Below, piece after piece: positions 12,300 to 25,525 of a stretch of 64,000 bases of DNA. The stretch is from assembly GCA_003971905.1 (NCBI GenBank), contig RSEE01000017.1:620001-684000 (forward strand). The letters run 5' to 3'. Position 1 is the first letter of the stretch. The number at the start of each line of letters is the position of its first letter. The position numbers were made by a program, and so were the translations under genes. Source of the stretch: Moniliella sp. 'wahieum' (Eukaryota). The notes under the pieces were generated by a model. It saw nothing but the letters and a program-made list of their open reading frames with translations. It was not told where the DNA came from and searched no databases.

Positions 12300-13866
12300 C
12301 TATTGTGTATCCTATGGTCACTATTCCATGTCTGTGCCACTCACCGATATCGTATTGTACACCATCATGACCCACCCGGCCATGTACCATCCTTCCACTG
12401 TGGTTCGAATGGATGCAACTCATTCGTTTCGCTATAGTAGCATTTCTCTTTGACTTGCTAGTCTCTCACCTCATGATATTCTTGGCTGTGTTCCTCAGTC
12501 TACCCGCATCTCCCCCCCTCCTCACCTTTCAATAATCCTCTGCGTTCCTACCCGTGGCCTCCCTACCTCTCCACACCTACACGTGCTCGAATGAGAGGGG
12601 CGCCCCATACGTTGCGCACTTAATTACCAAAACCCATAAAGCTGTTTGCACCAATCCCACTATACCGTTGGCCCAGTATATGGCGTCAGCAATATATTAC
12701 GCGATCCACAAAAGGACGGAAGGGCAACCGTGGAGGTCACTACCTCCAGCTCCAATACTTTTGCCCAAGAATCCCCCTCTCTTCCCGGAATGTAACGGTG
12801 TCAGAATCACACCGTGGTCCCCACACACCCTATATATAGGATCTTCTCGCCCCTGAGTTTTGATCAAGGGTCCAATCAAGAACGTTGTTGAAGAGTCGAG
12901 TGGGATCGTGGTCGAGCTGGTAAGTAAGTAGCAAGAGCTGTGGAACGGTATCGCGTACCCGTGCTGTGGTCCGACGGATGTGTGTCTACGCGCGTCTACG
13001 TCTCATGGCATGGCGCTTAGATCTTAGAAGGGTTAGATTGTCCCAGGAACTGAAGCAGCTGAATTGGAGGAGACCTGAGGCCTGAGCCCTGACGCTCGAA
13101 GCTCAAGCTTGAGATATAGATCCTTTCTTTAACTTTGGATTTGGGGCTTTTGATGATGTAGAACATTTTGGATTGAGTTTGTTGGTTTAGGTTTATGTTT
13201 AGAGGGCTGGAGAATAGGAAGGGGGGTAGGATCGATCGATAGTGGGACTAGGACTAGGAATAGGAGTAGGAGTAGGTGACGGGATGGGTGTCGGGATAGT
13301 GGCTTGATGGTTTGATAGTTATCGGTTATCGATCTTATCCACCATCGCCGTTCAACGGCAACAGAGAGATCAGGTGGTGGGAGAGAAGCATGGGACATGG
13401 GACATCAGGTGAGAGACACGGACGGGAAGGAGGAGTACTACGTGTAAATCCCTCCCTCCTTCCGTTACAGTTGGAATGGGTGAAAGAGAGCGAAGGTACG
13501 AGCATATGAGCGGCAGATGCGAGAAAGACGAAGGACTGGGGCATGTGACGTAGGTGTGAGGTGGCGGGGGAAGAGAGGCAATGACGAGGCCAGAATGGAG
13601 TTAGAGGGAACGTATGCAAGTGGAAGGGCAAGGGGAGGGGAGGGAAAGAGCAAAAGGAAGGCAAGGGCAAGGGCAAAGACAAGGGAGGGGAGTGGTTGTG
13701 GGTAGCACGGTGAGGACAAGGTGGTGGTGGTGGATAAGACAGAGGAGGGGCTGGGGACGCGGCCAGCTCAACAGAGCGAAATTCTTCTTGGAAGTTCGCT
13801 TTGAGATCTGACAACTCAGGAACTCCAATGTCAGGAACTCCGATCTCAGGACCTCAAGGCTGGGTC

Positions 13867-16800
13867 TCAGTCCGCTGGGATCAGTTCACGCAGACGATCG
13901 CATACTTGAGCCATGACGGGCGTTCGCGGGGGGTTGCGACCCACATGGACTCGATCAAGTCGACCACGTCACCGCCAAACCGACGGCGGAGGTTGGCCGT
14001 TGGAGGGCGCAGCCTCGTTCGCGCACGTCGCGATAAATTTGGTGTTCGTTGAGGTTTGGAAAGGGTAGCGTTTGTCGCGTTGGGGCCACTGGAGGATTTC
14101 CCAAAACGTCATGCCTGTGCTCCAGACATCGACTTTTTCGTTGTACAGGGCTTGGGTGCCACAACTCCATCGCTTGCCAATTCACTGTCCCGACCACGGA
14201 GCGTACCATGCGCCGTTTGTCGTGCCGAACACGCGCCAGGCCAAAATCGTTGATCTTGGCCACTCCCTGGGCGGTGATCAAGACATTGCTCTCGACTTGA
14301 TGTCGCGATGGATGATGGCGGGTTTGCGTGTGTGGAGGTAGTTTAAGCCTTCGGCCGTCATGAGCATAATGCGGAACTAGGAAAAGGCAGAGACAGAGCA
14401 GGGTGGGGCCGAGTCAGCAGTTGTGCGTGCGGTAAGTGCGGGGACTATACTGTTGATTTTGTACGAGGGAGAAGGAGAGGGAGTGGGAGAAGAAGGGAAG
14501 GGAAGGCCGAAGAGGTACGTACCATTTCAACATCCGAAGGGGCGGGAACATTACGAATGTACTCGTACAAGTCTCCGTGAGTGCATAGTTCCGAGACGAT
14601 GGTGCAGGGACATCGGTATTGGACGGGTCGACCGAGACACCAATGAAGCGAACGATATTTTCGTGGTTAAGGTCGCGCAGGACCTCGAGCTCTTTAATGT
14701 CCATTTCGGTTAGTTGGCCACGCAACTCGGCAATGGCCACCCATCTTACGTGCGCGTTTGGCCGTGCCGAGCTGATACGTGCCGCGATACACGTCCTTGA
14801 ACCCGCCACTGCCAATCTTGCTCCCCTTGTGCAAGAGACGCGGATCAATATGCTTGTCTACCAACTTGAGCGCCTCGAGATCCAACAGTGTCGCCTCCTC
14901 CTCCGTCTCCTTGACTTCTGCCGGAGGAGCACGGGCGGTAACTGGGTCTGTCCCTTCTGCCTCGCCGGGTCGAGCGGTGGCCGGGGCAGGTTGGTTTCGG
15001 ACTGAAGCATATAAATGGTTAGTTTTGGTTCCGGTCCCGAAGGCAAAACGAAAACCTAGCGGAATACGTACCCATTTGACCAGTGCAGCGACCAAATCCA
15101 CCTTTTTTTCTTCGGACGTGACGTCCAAGCCACGATCGATGCAGAGGGACAACAATCGGCCTTGAGAAGGCGGTTGAGCGAGCTCGAAGTAGGGCGTTCC
15201 CGCATGATTTCCTCGGCGCTGGGGGAGGGTTTGGAGGGATGCCTGTTGTCCCGTGACACCTCTCTTGACTCTGAGCGGGAGGCAGAGCGAGTGGAGCCAG
15301 CCACAGGGCGGATGGTGGTGTCGCCTTGTTCCTCCTCCCCATCCCCTCATCCTCCTTTTGATCTTCTTGATCCTGGTGGTGGTCGTGGTTGTGGACTTGG
15401 CCCTGGCCATCGTCCTGGTTTCTTTCGCCACCCGCATCTGCAGCTGCACCTTCCTCCCCAGAGACCGAAGCAACAGCAACATATTCGACGCGCGTACCTT
15501 GCCATTGCGTAATCTGCGTGTACCTATCGGTGTGTGGGAGTCGTGTTCCTCGACGGGATCCAGGTCCATAGGTACGTCGGCCCAAGTGTCCGAACCAGCG
15601 TCCTGCTCTTCGGTCGAGTCGCGCTCGTGGCGCTCGTGAGCCGGGGCCGCTCTGCGTCCACGACGGCGAACTGGACGGCTGCTCTCCAATGAGGACGGAG
15701 GAGCGTCGGGATCGGCCTCGGTCTCGGACGAGGCTGGGACAGGGCTGGAACTGGGGTGGTGTCGGCGGCTGCGGGTGCGGCTGCGGGCGCTACGGGCGCG
15801 ACTACTGGACTGGGATGTGACACTTGGTCCAGGACTAGGAGGCACAGTTTGGGAGGCACTCAGGGACCCAGAGCTGGAGAGCTGGTGGCCACGCCGTGTT
15901 GAACGAGAAGATCTTCGGAGCGGGACCTGTTCGTGTTCCTGTTCCTGTTCTTGTTGGCGTTCCTCGTCCGAGCTCAACTCCGAAGCCAAGGACGGCTGCT
16001 GCTCTGTGCTCCCCGCCGCAACGGCACAGACTTTCCCGTTCCGGAGACGACGCATCTTGCGTGGGCTGGGGGAATCGGCTCGTGCGCGAGGCAGCATTTT
16101 AGCAGTGGTAGTGCGGGCCGAAGAGGTAGAGGATCGCGGTTGTCGTCAGCTGCTTCGTTGGATCGTGTACCACGCCGTGCGCGCGGGGGAAGGAGCGATG
16201 GCCGTGCTCGGAGGCGGTCCCGCTGGGCACGCGCACGTGTCCGGATGGGCGATGGGGCAGCAAAGGTGAGGAAGGCAGAGGAGGCCCGACTGGGGTTGCG
16301 TCGGCGGTGCGACGCTTGGTGTTTCGGGTGGTCTGGCGTGGCGACGGGGCAAGGTGCGCGGGAGGGAGGTGGGGTGCGGGATCAGGCTCGTCGTCCGAGT
16401 CGGCCCAGGCTGCGGCGCCACTGGAGGTGGAGGCAACCGAGACGGCTTGGGCGGCTGCAAGCTGGCGCGTTGGCGGCCGCGCGGTCGGGGGCGGCGGCGA
16501 GGCACGTCGGCCGGAGGGGTGGCGACGGCGGAGGAGGAGGAGGGAGCGGATGAGATCGTTCTTAGTCCGGGACGGGTGGGCAGCGGAGGGCTGGAGGGCG
16601 TGGCAGAGGCGGAGGAGGAGGGGCTTGCGCTGCTGGCGGAGCACGTTGGGCGGGGCCGAGTAGAGCAGTCGGGCGTCGGCGGCGGTGAGCCGGGGAGACA
16701 CGGGGGGGTGTCGGAAAGATCGTCGAAGGAGGCGTCGGCGTCGGCATCGGCGTCGGCATCGGCGTCGGCGTCGGCGGCGGCATCGGGATTGGGCTGGGGC

Positions 16801-17000
16801 TGGATTGGGATGCGGTGGGAGTGGCAGGGGCAGGGGCGGGAGTGGGGGGTGGTCGCGGAGCGAGAGGCTCTGGAAGTCGGTGCGGAGGGCGCGGACGAGG
16901 TGTCGGTTGGGAGGCGGGGCGAGGCCGAGGTGCCGGGGTGCTTGCGCTTGCGCCCGGCGTACGTGCGGCGCGGGGCGATGCTGACCCTCCTGGGGGGCAT
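13867..17000 (-). CDS. TKL-type protein kinase with long disordered N-terminus and SAP/HeH-like helical motifs; introns about 15002-15071 and 14377-14522; frameshifts
   Basis: KIGSGGFKDVYRG, AIAELRGQLTEMDIKELEVLRDLNHENIVRFIGV, IIHRDIKS.NVL, AKINDFGLAR, VVGTVNWQAMELW. Ends RPSMAQVCDRLRELIPAD*. Start at MPPRRVSIAPRRTYAGRKRK is inferred. Confidence 0.85.
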
Positions 17001-17463
17001 GGGGGAGGCGTGGGGGGGGCAGTGGAGATGGGTGGATGCGGGTGGATGCGGTGTGGCCAGCGAGTGGGTTGAAGGAGCGCGCGACGACGCTGGATTGCGC
17101 ATTCCTGCGCGTCCCTTGCATCCACATCCACGTCCCCCGCCGCCGCGCCCGCCACCCAACACGCCCCCGTCCAACACCACCGCCCACAACCCTAGCCCGC
17201 CCGCCACTCGCCCCCTGCCCGCCCCAACCCTAGCGTTCGCGCACAGACCAGCAGGCGGGCCAGCCTGCGCCCACTGAACGTTTCAACGTCCAATTCTCCG
17301 ACCAGGTGGCCTACGTAATGCGCAGGCCCCCCTTCGCCCACCAACGTCCATTGTTCAATAGCCCCCCGTTTGATGTTTCAATTGCAAGTGTCACGCCATC
17401 TGGGGCTCCTCCCATTCCGTGATGCATGGCCCATTCAATATTCACCTGGAATATTCAACTGTG

Positions 17464-17560
17464 GATTGGATTCCACTGGATAGGATCGGATTGGATTGCA
17501 TAGGATTGGCTTGAATGAATAGGATTGGATACTAGGATTGGATTGAATTGAATAGGAATC
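17464..17560. repeat. Degenerate (GGATT)n pentanucleotide tract
   Basis: GGATTGGATTCCACTGGATAGGATCGGATTGGATTGCATAGGATTGG... Confidence 0.75.
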
Positions 17561-17680
17561 AGACCCAGGACAGCATGGGAGATGTGGCACGATCCAGCGG
17601 CGGCACGATAGCCCGACCCACTGCCCCACCCGGTCCTACGCCGTCCAATCCGTACCCGCACGCCGTCTCTGCCACTGCGC

Positions 17681-19215
17681 CTAGCTGTGGGCACCAGCCA
17701 CCTGGCGCAGCGGACTGGGCGTGGTGGCTTGCGATCGTGTGGGAGGGCTGACGGGGGCTTCGTGGGCCGGGAACGTAGCTGGGGCTGGACTGCAGGGCAC
17801 AACCACGGCTGCCGGGTGCGCCAAGGTAGGTGTCTTGTCTGGTGCTGTGACCGGAGCCGTGGCAGTCGCATTGGCATTGGCAAACTTAGGTCCGTCTTTG
17901 GCTGCCTCGTCACCGTCCCTTGCGTGGGAGCGGTAGGGCTGGAGTGTATCGTAAGGGACTTGGGTGAAGAGTACGCTGATTGATTCGCCATGGTGAGCGC
18001 GGCGAATGGTTTCTGCCAAAACGTGAGAAATATCAATCTGTTCCAACTTGGAGCACTGGGCCATGTTGCGTGTCTGGGGCAGCGTGTTGGTCACGACGAG
18101 TTTTTCGAGGGTGGAGTGACGGATGCGTTCGAGTGCTGGCTCGGACAAGATCCCATGGGTGACGAGGGCCAGTACGCGTTTCGCGCCATTCTCAGTTAAC
18201 TTGCGAGCGGCCTGATCGAGTGTGCCGCAGGTATCTGCCATATCATCCACCAAGACGGCGACTTTTCCGCGCACATCGCCGACGAGCACCATGCGGGACA
18301 CCTCGTTTGCGCGTTTTCGTTCCTTGTGGAACAAGGCGAAGTCGACATTCAAGCGATCTGCAATGGAGGTTGCGCGTTTGGCCCCGCCCGCATCGGGGGA
18401 AACAATCACAATCTCGTTCATGTCGAGCATTTCACCAATGTACTGCAACGTGGCGGGTTCGGCATAGAGGTTGTCGACGGGCACGTCAAAGAAGCCTTGG
18501 ATTTGAGATGCATGGAGGTCCATGGTGATCACGTGGTCGCATCCGGCCTTTTCCAGCATGTTGGCCACGAGTTTGGCCGTGATGGGCGCGCGGGACTTGT
18601 CCTTCTTGTCTTGGCGGGCATAGTAAAAGTGAGGGATGACAGCTGTGACACGTTTGGCCGACGCACCCTTGCACGCATGGATCATGATCAGCGTTTCCAT
18701 CAACGACGTGTGGGCGACAAGAACATGTTGCCGCACCCGGTTGGCTTGACGGTCGGCGTGCAACAAGAGGTATTGATAATGTACACATCATGCTCCCGCA
18801 CACTTTCTCCGATTCGCACCACGCTCTCCCCCACTTCGTTCCGGGCGACAATCGCCTTGCCCAAGGGGAGTCCAAGTCTAACGGCCCACGCGCAGACGCA
18901 GACACAAGCACAAGCGCAAGCACACACCCCAAAGCGCAAGCAAGATGAAACGCAGAGAAAAAAACACACATCCAAAGCAGTCAGTACACCGTACTCATTT
19001 GCTACCTTTTTACTCAGTATGGTGTGCGTTGTACCGTGGTCAGTGGTCGCAGAGCGGGGAGACCACGGTCGCTCGGAGCCGAAAAAGCGGCGCTGAGCGC
19101 GCAGGCTCAGTCGACCGGTAGCAGGGGGACGAGGGAACACCGTTTCGCAATCTGGCGGGCCAGCTCGGGATGGGGAGCCCGCAAAGATCTTGATGCCGCC
19201 AGTGCCGTGGTCCAT
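17681..19215 (-). CDS. PRS: Ribose-phosphate pyrophosphokinase (PRPP synthetase); intron 18878-19140
   Basis: [98 protein letters not shown]. Confidence 0.97.
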
Positions 19216-20034
19216 GTGGTGGGGCGGAGGAAGAGGAGAAAAAAAAGACGCGGGTGGGGGGGTGGGGCGGACGAGGCAGGGTTGGTTAGCAAGAGGGGAG
19301 CGGCGGAGGCTGAGTGCTGGGCTGGCGGTGCTGAGTGCGGTGGGGGTGGGTTGCGGGAGGCCAAGTGACTACGCCTGGTGACGGAGACGATGAGACGGGG
19401 AAAAGCCAGAGCGGAGGGCTAGGCAAGGCCCACGGAGGGCGGCTGCCGCGGCGTATATCGGATGGGCTGGCTGGCTGGGCGTCTGACTAGTGACTGATTA
19501 ATCAGGCGTGGGGTGCGGCGGGGGTGCGGGGGGACGCGGCCTTATTAATCGTGCTCGGGGCGTCTTACGTACGGAGTCTGACTGGCCAGGCGCTAGGTAC
19601 GCGCACAGGGCCCATGGGTCCAGGGCACGGCGCCAGCCAGCCCGCCGTCGGCACCAGCCAGCACGCCGCTCGAAGCCAAGTCTGGGGGTCACCGGTCACG
19701 TGCCACATGTCACTGGTCGCATCCCCTGTCCTGCCGTTTTAACGTTTAACGTTTAGTCCGCACAGGCTGCCCGATGATGTCATCCATCACGATGTGTGGG
19801 GGGAGCAAGTTTGTCCGTCCGCAGGCCTGAGACTGCGTACTCGTACCTCAGATTCAATATTCATCCCCCCGGCTGCGGGCCAGTATGCAGTGCCCCCGTG
19901 CGCTGCGCTTGGTTAATGATTGCAAATAGTACTCACCAGCTGATCACGCGCTGCAGCAGCGGAACCGCAGCGTCCGTTCCGCCTGCGCCTCGCCCTGTCC
20001 ATACCCAGTACGCGAATAATCTCTGGGGCGTTTA

Positions 20035-22917
20035 ATGACGGCCGTGCAAACCACGTGGCCTTTTGTGATCGCTTGCGCTCCCCCTGCTGTCGCTTTTGTG
20101 TCGTTCGTCCGTGCGCCCGCCGTTTCTGCCGCATGCCCCCCGCCTGCGCCGCCGACGCGTCTCCGTCTCGCAGCTGGTCGGGCCCACGTGGTGCGAGTAC
20201 CAGTACCACTATGGCTGCTGACGCATGCCAGTTTACCCGCGCACCAGCGTCCGCGTGCTGGATTTGGGACTTGGGCAGACGCTGCGCATTCGCAGTCGGC
20301 ATTGGCACGACGGGAGCGGATCTTGCGATCCGGATCGGCGGTGCACGCTGTACTGGAGCATACGGCGCCCCAAGCCAGGTGGCAGCGACGACGACGGCCT
20401 TGTTACCGCTGGCGGTGCGCGAGGTGGACAAGTACGCAGCGCGGTGTGTGCAGATCGCATCGGCGTGTGCGCGATTACGTCGGTCGCCGGGATTGCACGT
20501 GAAGTGCCGGTGCTCGGGTGTGTGGATGGGATTGTAGTACGGGGAGTGATTGATGAGATTGCTGCGCTACCGCAGGAACGTGATCGATCACCTACCCCTT
20601 CTCTGTCCCATGCTTTGTCCCCTGAGTCGAATGCGCCGATGCACCGACTGCACCGACTTCTGCCCCGTCCTCCCGGATAGGTTGGACGTACCAGATACGG
20701 GACAGCAAGACCCGCCGGTCCTCCCGCTTACCGCCCGAGGTGGACAGCGAGGCGCACGGATGCAGTGTATGATCTACAAGCGTCTGGGACGGACTGTGTC
20801 TTGCTGCGCTGGCTTGGGATCCGGCGGGGACGCGAGCAGAGCGACATCGCCAACGCAAACGCAAACCCGGCCAGACCAAGGAGGGGATCCAGTACGGCTG
20901 TACCGTCTGGGGAGGAATCGCGGAGCCTGCAACGCCCGAGCCCGATCCCGAATCCGATCCCGAGCCGGGAAGGCGGGTTGATCCCAACGCTGAACCGCTG
21001 ACGTTGGCTGCGCTTCTGGCTGCTTCGGGGGTAGGATCCGGAGGACAGGGAGGGGTACTGAGTTCGAGCTGGTGGTGTAGCGCGTTGCATCCTGTGTGGT
21101 AGCGCAGCAAAGTCAAGCATGGGCCCAAAAGTTGTTGGAGCAATGGCAAATGCAAATGCAAATGCAAGTGCAAGTGCAAGTGCATCCTTCGCCTCCTCCC
21201 GTGCCACGGTATGAACCGAGCCCTCAGTCCGTGTCCCCACCCGTGCGCGCGGGATCGAGGAGGAAAGTACTCGTTCGAACGAAGCGTCGCGCGCGAGTCT
21301 ACGTCGCCCTCTGACGCAGCGCCGACGCCCGCACCGACGCTGATGCCGACGAACAGGATGGGCCACTGCGGTTGCAAGATGTTTACGAAGCCATGTTGAT
21401 CGAGGTACGATTATGGTTAGCCATGCTCGAGCCGGATGGGATCCCGGAGCAACGAGGGAGGTAGCCGGTTCCTCCGCCAAGTCATCCTCGCTTGCAAGTT
21501 GTACTACTACTTCGGACCTTTCCCCTTGCGGAACTGATTTCGCATGGACCGCCATCGATCCGACGTTGGCTCTGCTCTACAGGTCGCGCAAACGGTCTGC
21601 CCTGAGCGAAACCAACGACGCGTCTGCCTCCGAGACTGGGTCGGACCGCGATGTCGACCGGTCGGATCGCCAGCTACGGTCGACCGTCCAGCCTGCCCTT
21701 GAAGATGCACCCAATGCAAGAGCACGAAATAGAAGCCGAAGGCGACGAGGATGAGGACCAGGTGGGAGAAGGACTATTTGGAGACGTACTCACCACGCTC
21801 AACCAAGCGATCAAACAGCGCGTGCGAAGGACGAAACAGAAGATGGTGTACCTACCTTACCTCTACCTCTCCTCTGCCGGACCTTCTGCTTGCTCTGCTT
21901 GTGCTCCTGCTACGGCTACACCACTTGTCCCTACGCTTGGATCTGGGACGTTGCCCCGGCGCCCTCACCAGGTTGCAGCACTAGCTTTACCCATCGTCTC
22001 CGTCGGACTTGGAAGACGCGACGCTACTGGCCAAGTACGATTTGCGTACGACGGTCCGGTCTAGGTCCATTTTTAACGAGCATGGTACGCTGTGGCGGGG
22101 GGAAACGGTACGTGCGTGGTGTGCCGCCGACTTGGCACGACGGTGTGGGTACTGCGAGTTTCAAGAGGGATGTCAGTGGCGTAACGGGATGCTAGCTGCG
22201 CACAGGAACATGGTAGGAGGACGTGGTGAGTCTACCTTCCCCCCGGACTCGATGTCGCTGCCTAGCTCCAGTACGCGTACGCAGTGGGAGCAGCAGCGAA
22301 GCAGCAAGAGCAAAGATCAAGGGTGGAAAGAACAGTTGTTGGGCGTCGCGCCTGTCCCGGTGGACGATCCTGAGCACACCGGTGCCACCGATCTCAATCC
22401 CAATCCCAATCCCAATCCCGAACCCGAATCCGCACCGGCAACGGAGAGCCCGATGACGATGACAGCGACGGCTGGTGCGGGGGTACGGGGATCTCCGAGC
22501 AAGGAAGGGGGTTCAACGAGGCGTTTATCCCCCTGGACCAGGTTTTGGGCACATGGCCACCTTCTACCTCTTCTTTCACCCCGGGCCCCACCCGCACCCG
22601 CCACCGCACCCGCTACTGCATCGACGACGGAAATGGACGAACAGTGGTGGCAGGATGCGCCGAGTCCTACGCGTTCCGAATGGACGCGGTGGAGGCGATG
22701 TTGCGTCCTGGCGTGGCTGCTGGGCCAGAGGCGCACTCTAGTTGCGCTGAGCAACGAGGTGCACAGGCGGAGCAAGAGGCGAGGCGAGGCGGAGCGGGAA
22801 GCATGGTACAGGGTGAAACGTACCGCGTCAAATCAAAGTGCCCAAGGGCGGAAGGGTGGAAGCGTCAAAGCGTTGAAGTGTGAGACGTCAAGTGTGGGAA
22901 GCGTCAAAGGACGATGA
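20035..22917 (+). CDS. EXO5: Exonuclease V (Exo5/Dem1 family, Fe-S single-strand DNA exonuclease); frameshifted, ends approximate
   Basis: Family motifs in order across frames: [18 protein letters not shown] (about 20162-20215), [44 protein letters not shown], and C-terminal [18 protein letters not shown]. The 1+3 Cys Fe-S ligands are present. Confidence 0.85.
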
Positions 22918-22938
22918 GCGACCGCTGCGTCGTTGTTA

Positions 22939-22984
22939 CCCATCCATCCATCCATCCATCCATCCATCCATCCATCCATCCATC
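22939..22984. repeat. (CCAT)n microsatellite
   Basis: Directly visible just after the EXO5 stop region. Confidence 0.9.
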
Positions 22985-24416
22985 TGTCCGTCTGTCCGCT
23001 CCAGGTGGCCTATACCCGCGGACAGACGATCGGATCGGGATGCCATCCATAATTCTATCCTTATCCATACGGTGCGCGTACACGGGAAGCAATGTGCAGC
23101 AAGCTGGTTTAAGTACTGTACTACGTGCCCAAGTGGCGATGTAGGGAGTGGATTAGGCAGGGGAGATGGCTGGTGAGGCGGTGGGGAGGGGCGAAAGAGA
23201 GAAGATGTAGGATGGAAGGAATGCAGGAGTAGAGAGTTTCGCCATGATACATGAGACGGAGGGAGGATCTAAGAGAGGCGGAGCAGGCGGGAAAACAGGG
23301 GGGGGGATGCGATGTGACATGTGAATGTGATAGTACTGGTGTGTGATGATGGTCTGGGTCAGGTGCGTGTGCTGCATGCGAGGGGGCACAGACGCGATGC
23401 GGGCAGTGGGACAGAAACTTGAATGCGGGCAAACGGCGCGCGGCGAGGCAGTGACTAGTGACTAGTGACTAGCTGTGCAATGTGCTACCCCAACGGGGGC
23501 GTTATTGCTCCGTGTTGCTCCGCATGGTCTGCCGCCTGGCTGGTGGCCTGTGCGAATCGCCACCGCCGCGGCCATTAGATCGTTGGACGTTGGACGGTTG
23601 CTGCCATGCTGTTTGGGCCTTCCTAGGGTACCCGGTTACTACTCCCCTGGCAGGTGCGAGCGTGTGCTAGCTCTTGAGCCTCAAGTGGAAGCGTTAGTAG
23701 CTTCAAGCTTCACGACGCGTCACGCGCACGACTTTTCCGGGTGGCTCGCATGCTCGCGCCTCGCTCCTGTTACTTGCCATGTGCCAGGATGGTCATCATG
23801 CATCATGCCCTGTGTCTAAATCATGCATCCTGTGCATGTGCCTGCGCCCACACACTGCCCTGTGCGTTGTCCGGGCTGGCGGGTGCTGGTCTACGCTTCC
23901 ACACGGACCGCATGGATGGCGGCAAATGACCATGGCGGCTCGGAGGGAGATAAACGATAGTCGATAGTCGAGAATCGATCGGCCTCCATCGACCATCGAC
24001 CATCCCGATAGCAGCCAGGCGAGTCGTCCCGCGCGGCTCACCCGAACTCAGCGGTGAGACTCACCTTCCCCACCGTTTCAGCCATGTGGACAGACCGCGC
24101 CCTGCCCACGCGCCCACGTAGCTTGCCAGTCCCTCGTCCAACCGAACAGGCAAACACGCGGTTTTCTTTAGCTAGTGCCCCTTGTCTCTGCCACCGAACC
24201 TGGTCCATCATCGCATCATCGATCATCGACGTCTATCATCGATCATCACATCTCACATCTCCCACCACCCCACCCAGTCCTCTCGTTACGCTCCTAGCCG
24301 CTCTTCGTTGGCTTTGTCTCTCTCTAATAGCTCACCCTCCAGCCTCCATTCGTTCCCTACCACCACCACCACCACCACTACTACTACACCACTACCACCA
24401 CCCTACCTCGCCCACT

Positions 24417-25525
24417 ATGAGCGCTGCCCTGGACAAGCTCACCTCCAAGCTGCCCGTGCCCAAGAGCCATGTGGTGCACGCGCTCAAGCAGCCCGACGAG
24501 CTCTATGCGCCCGCCGTACAACTTTCTCCCCCAGGGAGGGAAGCGACAGCGTGGTCACCACCAACAGTCCCTGCCGCTGCCGCATGCTCAAGAACTCTAC
24601 GGGCGACCGTGTCGCGTTCGAGGTACGTTTGCCACTTGATAACTGCTTCCCCATGGGGTTGGTGTTGGTGTTGTGCTTTTCTTTTTTCCCCTTTTTCTTT
24701 GCTTTTGCTTTGGTGTGTGCTACGGACGGAGGGATGCTGACCGTTGCGCTTCTGTGGGCTGTTGCGATGTGGTGTGGTTTGTGGTTTGTGGTTTGGGCAC
24801 CTTGTCGATCCTTGGGAGCAGCTGGAACTGCGGCGCGAGTGCGCACATATCGTGATGGACAATGACATGCAAGTGATCATCAACCCTGCGCACGTGAACG
24901 AGCGTACGGGTGTGCCTGCCGAGACGTTTACCGCTGACACGCGGTACAAGTACGTGCCGGAGCAGATGTTGGCCAAGGTGACTGTACCCGTTGTGGTGGA
25001 CCTGGCCAACGCGGAGGCACCAGATGTTGTGTGCTCGTCCGTGATGGTGAGCGTGACGATGCGACGGGAAGATGGGGTGGGTCAAAGGACGTGTCACGGT
25101 TCGTGTGGTACTTTGGTGAGGCGGCGAGCCAAGGTCCGCGTTTATCGCATGTACCTTTGTACCTGCAACAACAACGTCGTGACGATCGGAAGAACCTTCG
25201 TGGCCGCGGGTTGCCACCGGACTACGCATCGACGATTGGCAGTCGATCCGACGGGCCTAAGGGGCTAGGACAAAAAATGCTCAAGGTAACTAAAAAGGTC
25301 TTTTCGGCCCCGCCGGGTGCTGGTATCCCGATCCACTACGCCCCTGAAGCGTTCGAGAACGAAGCTCAGGCCAAGCAACTGTCGCAGTACTTGTCCACTT
25401 CTCCTGCTCCATCCGCTCGACCCGTCTCCCTCTCCGACTCGTATGCTCCGCCAGAGAGCGAGTACGGGCACATGCGCACCGATACCAAACTCAGCGAGCT
25501 GACTGCCGAGGCGGAATACCTGTGA
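24417..25525 (+). CDS. Hypothetical protein; intron about 24623-24821; frameshifts
   Basis: ATG after a C-rich leader (MSAALDKLTSKLPVPK). GTACGT donor and CAG acceptor join RVAFE|LELRRECAHIVMDND. Coding-like composition to EAEYL*. No family recognised. Confidence 0.6.

Noticed and set aside
15019..17277. Numerous long overlapping and antisense ORFs around the kinase
   Set aside because: Shadow frames of very GC-rich coding DNA. The minus-strand pieces join into one frameshifted gene.
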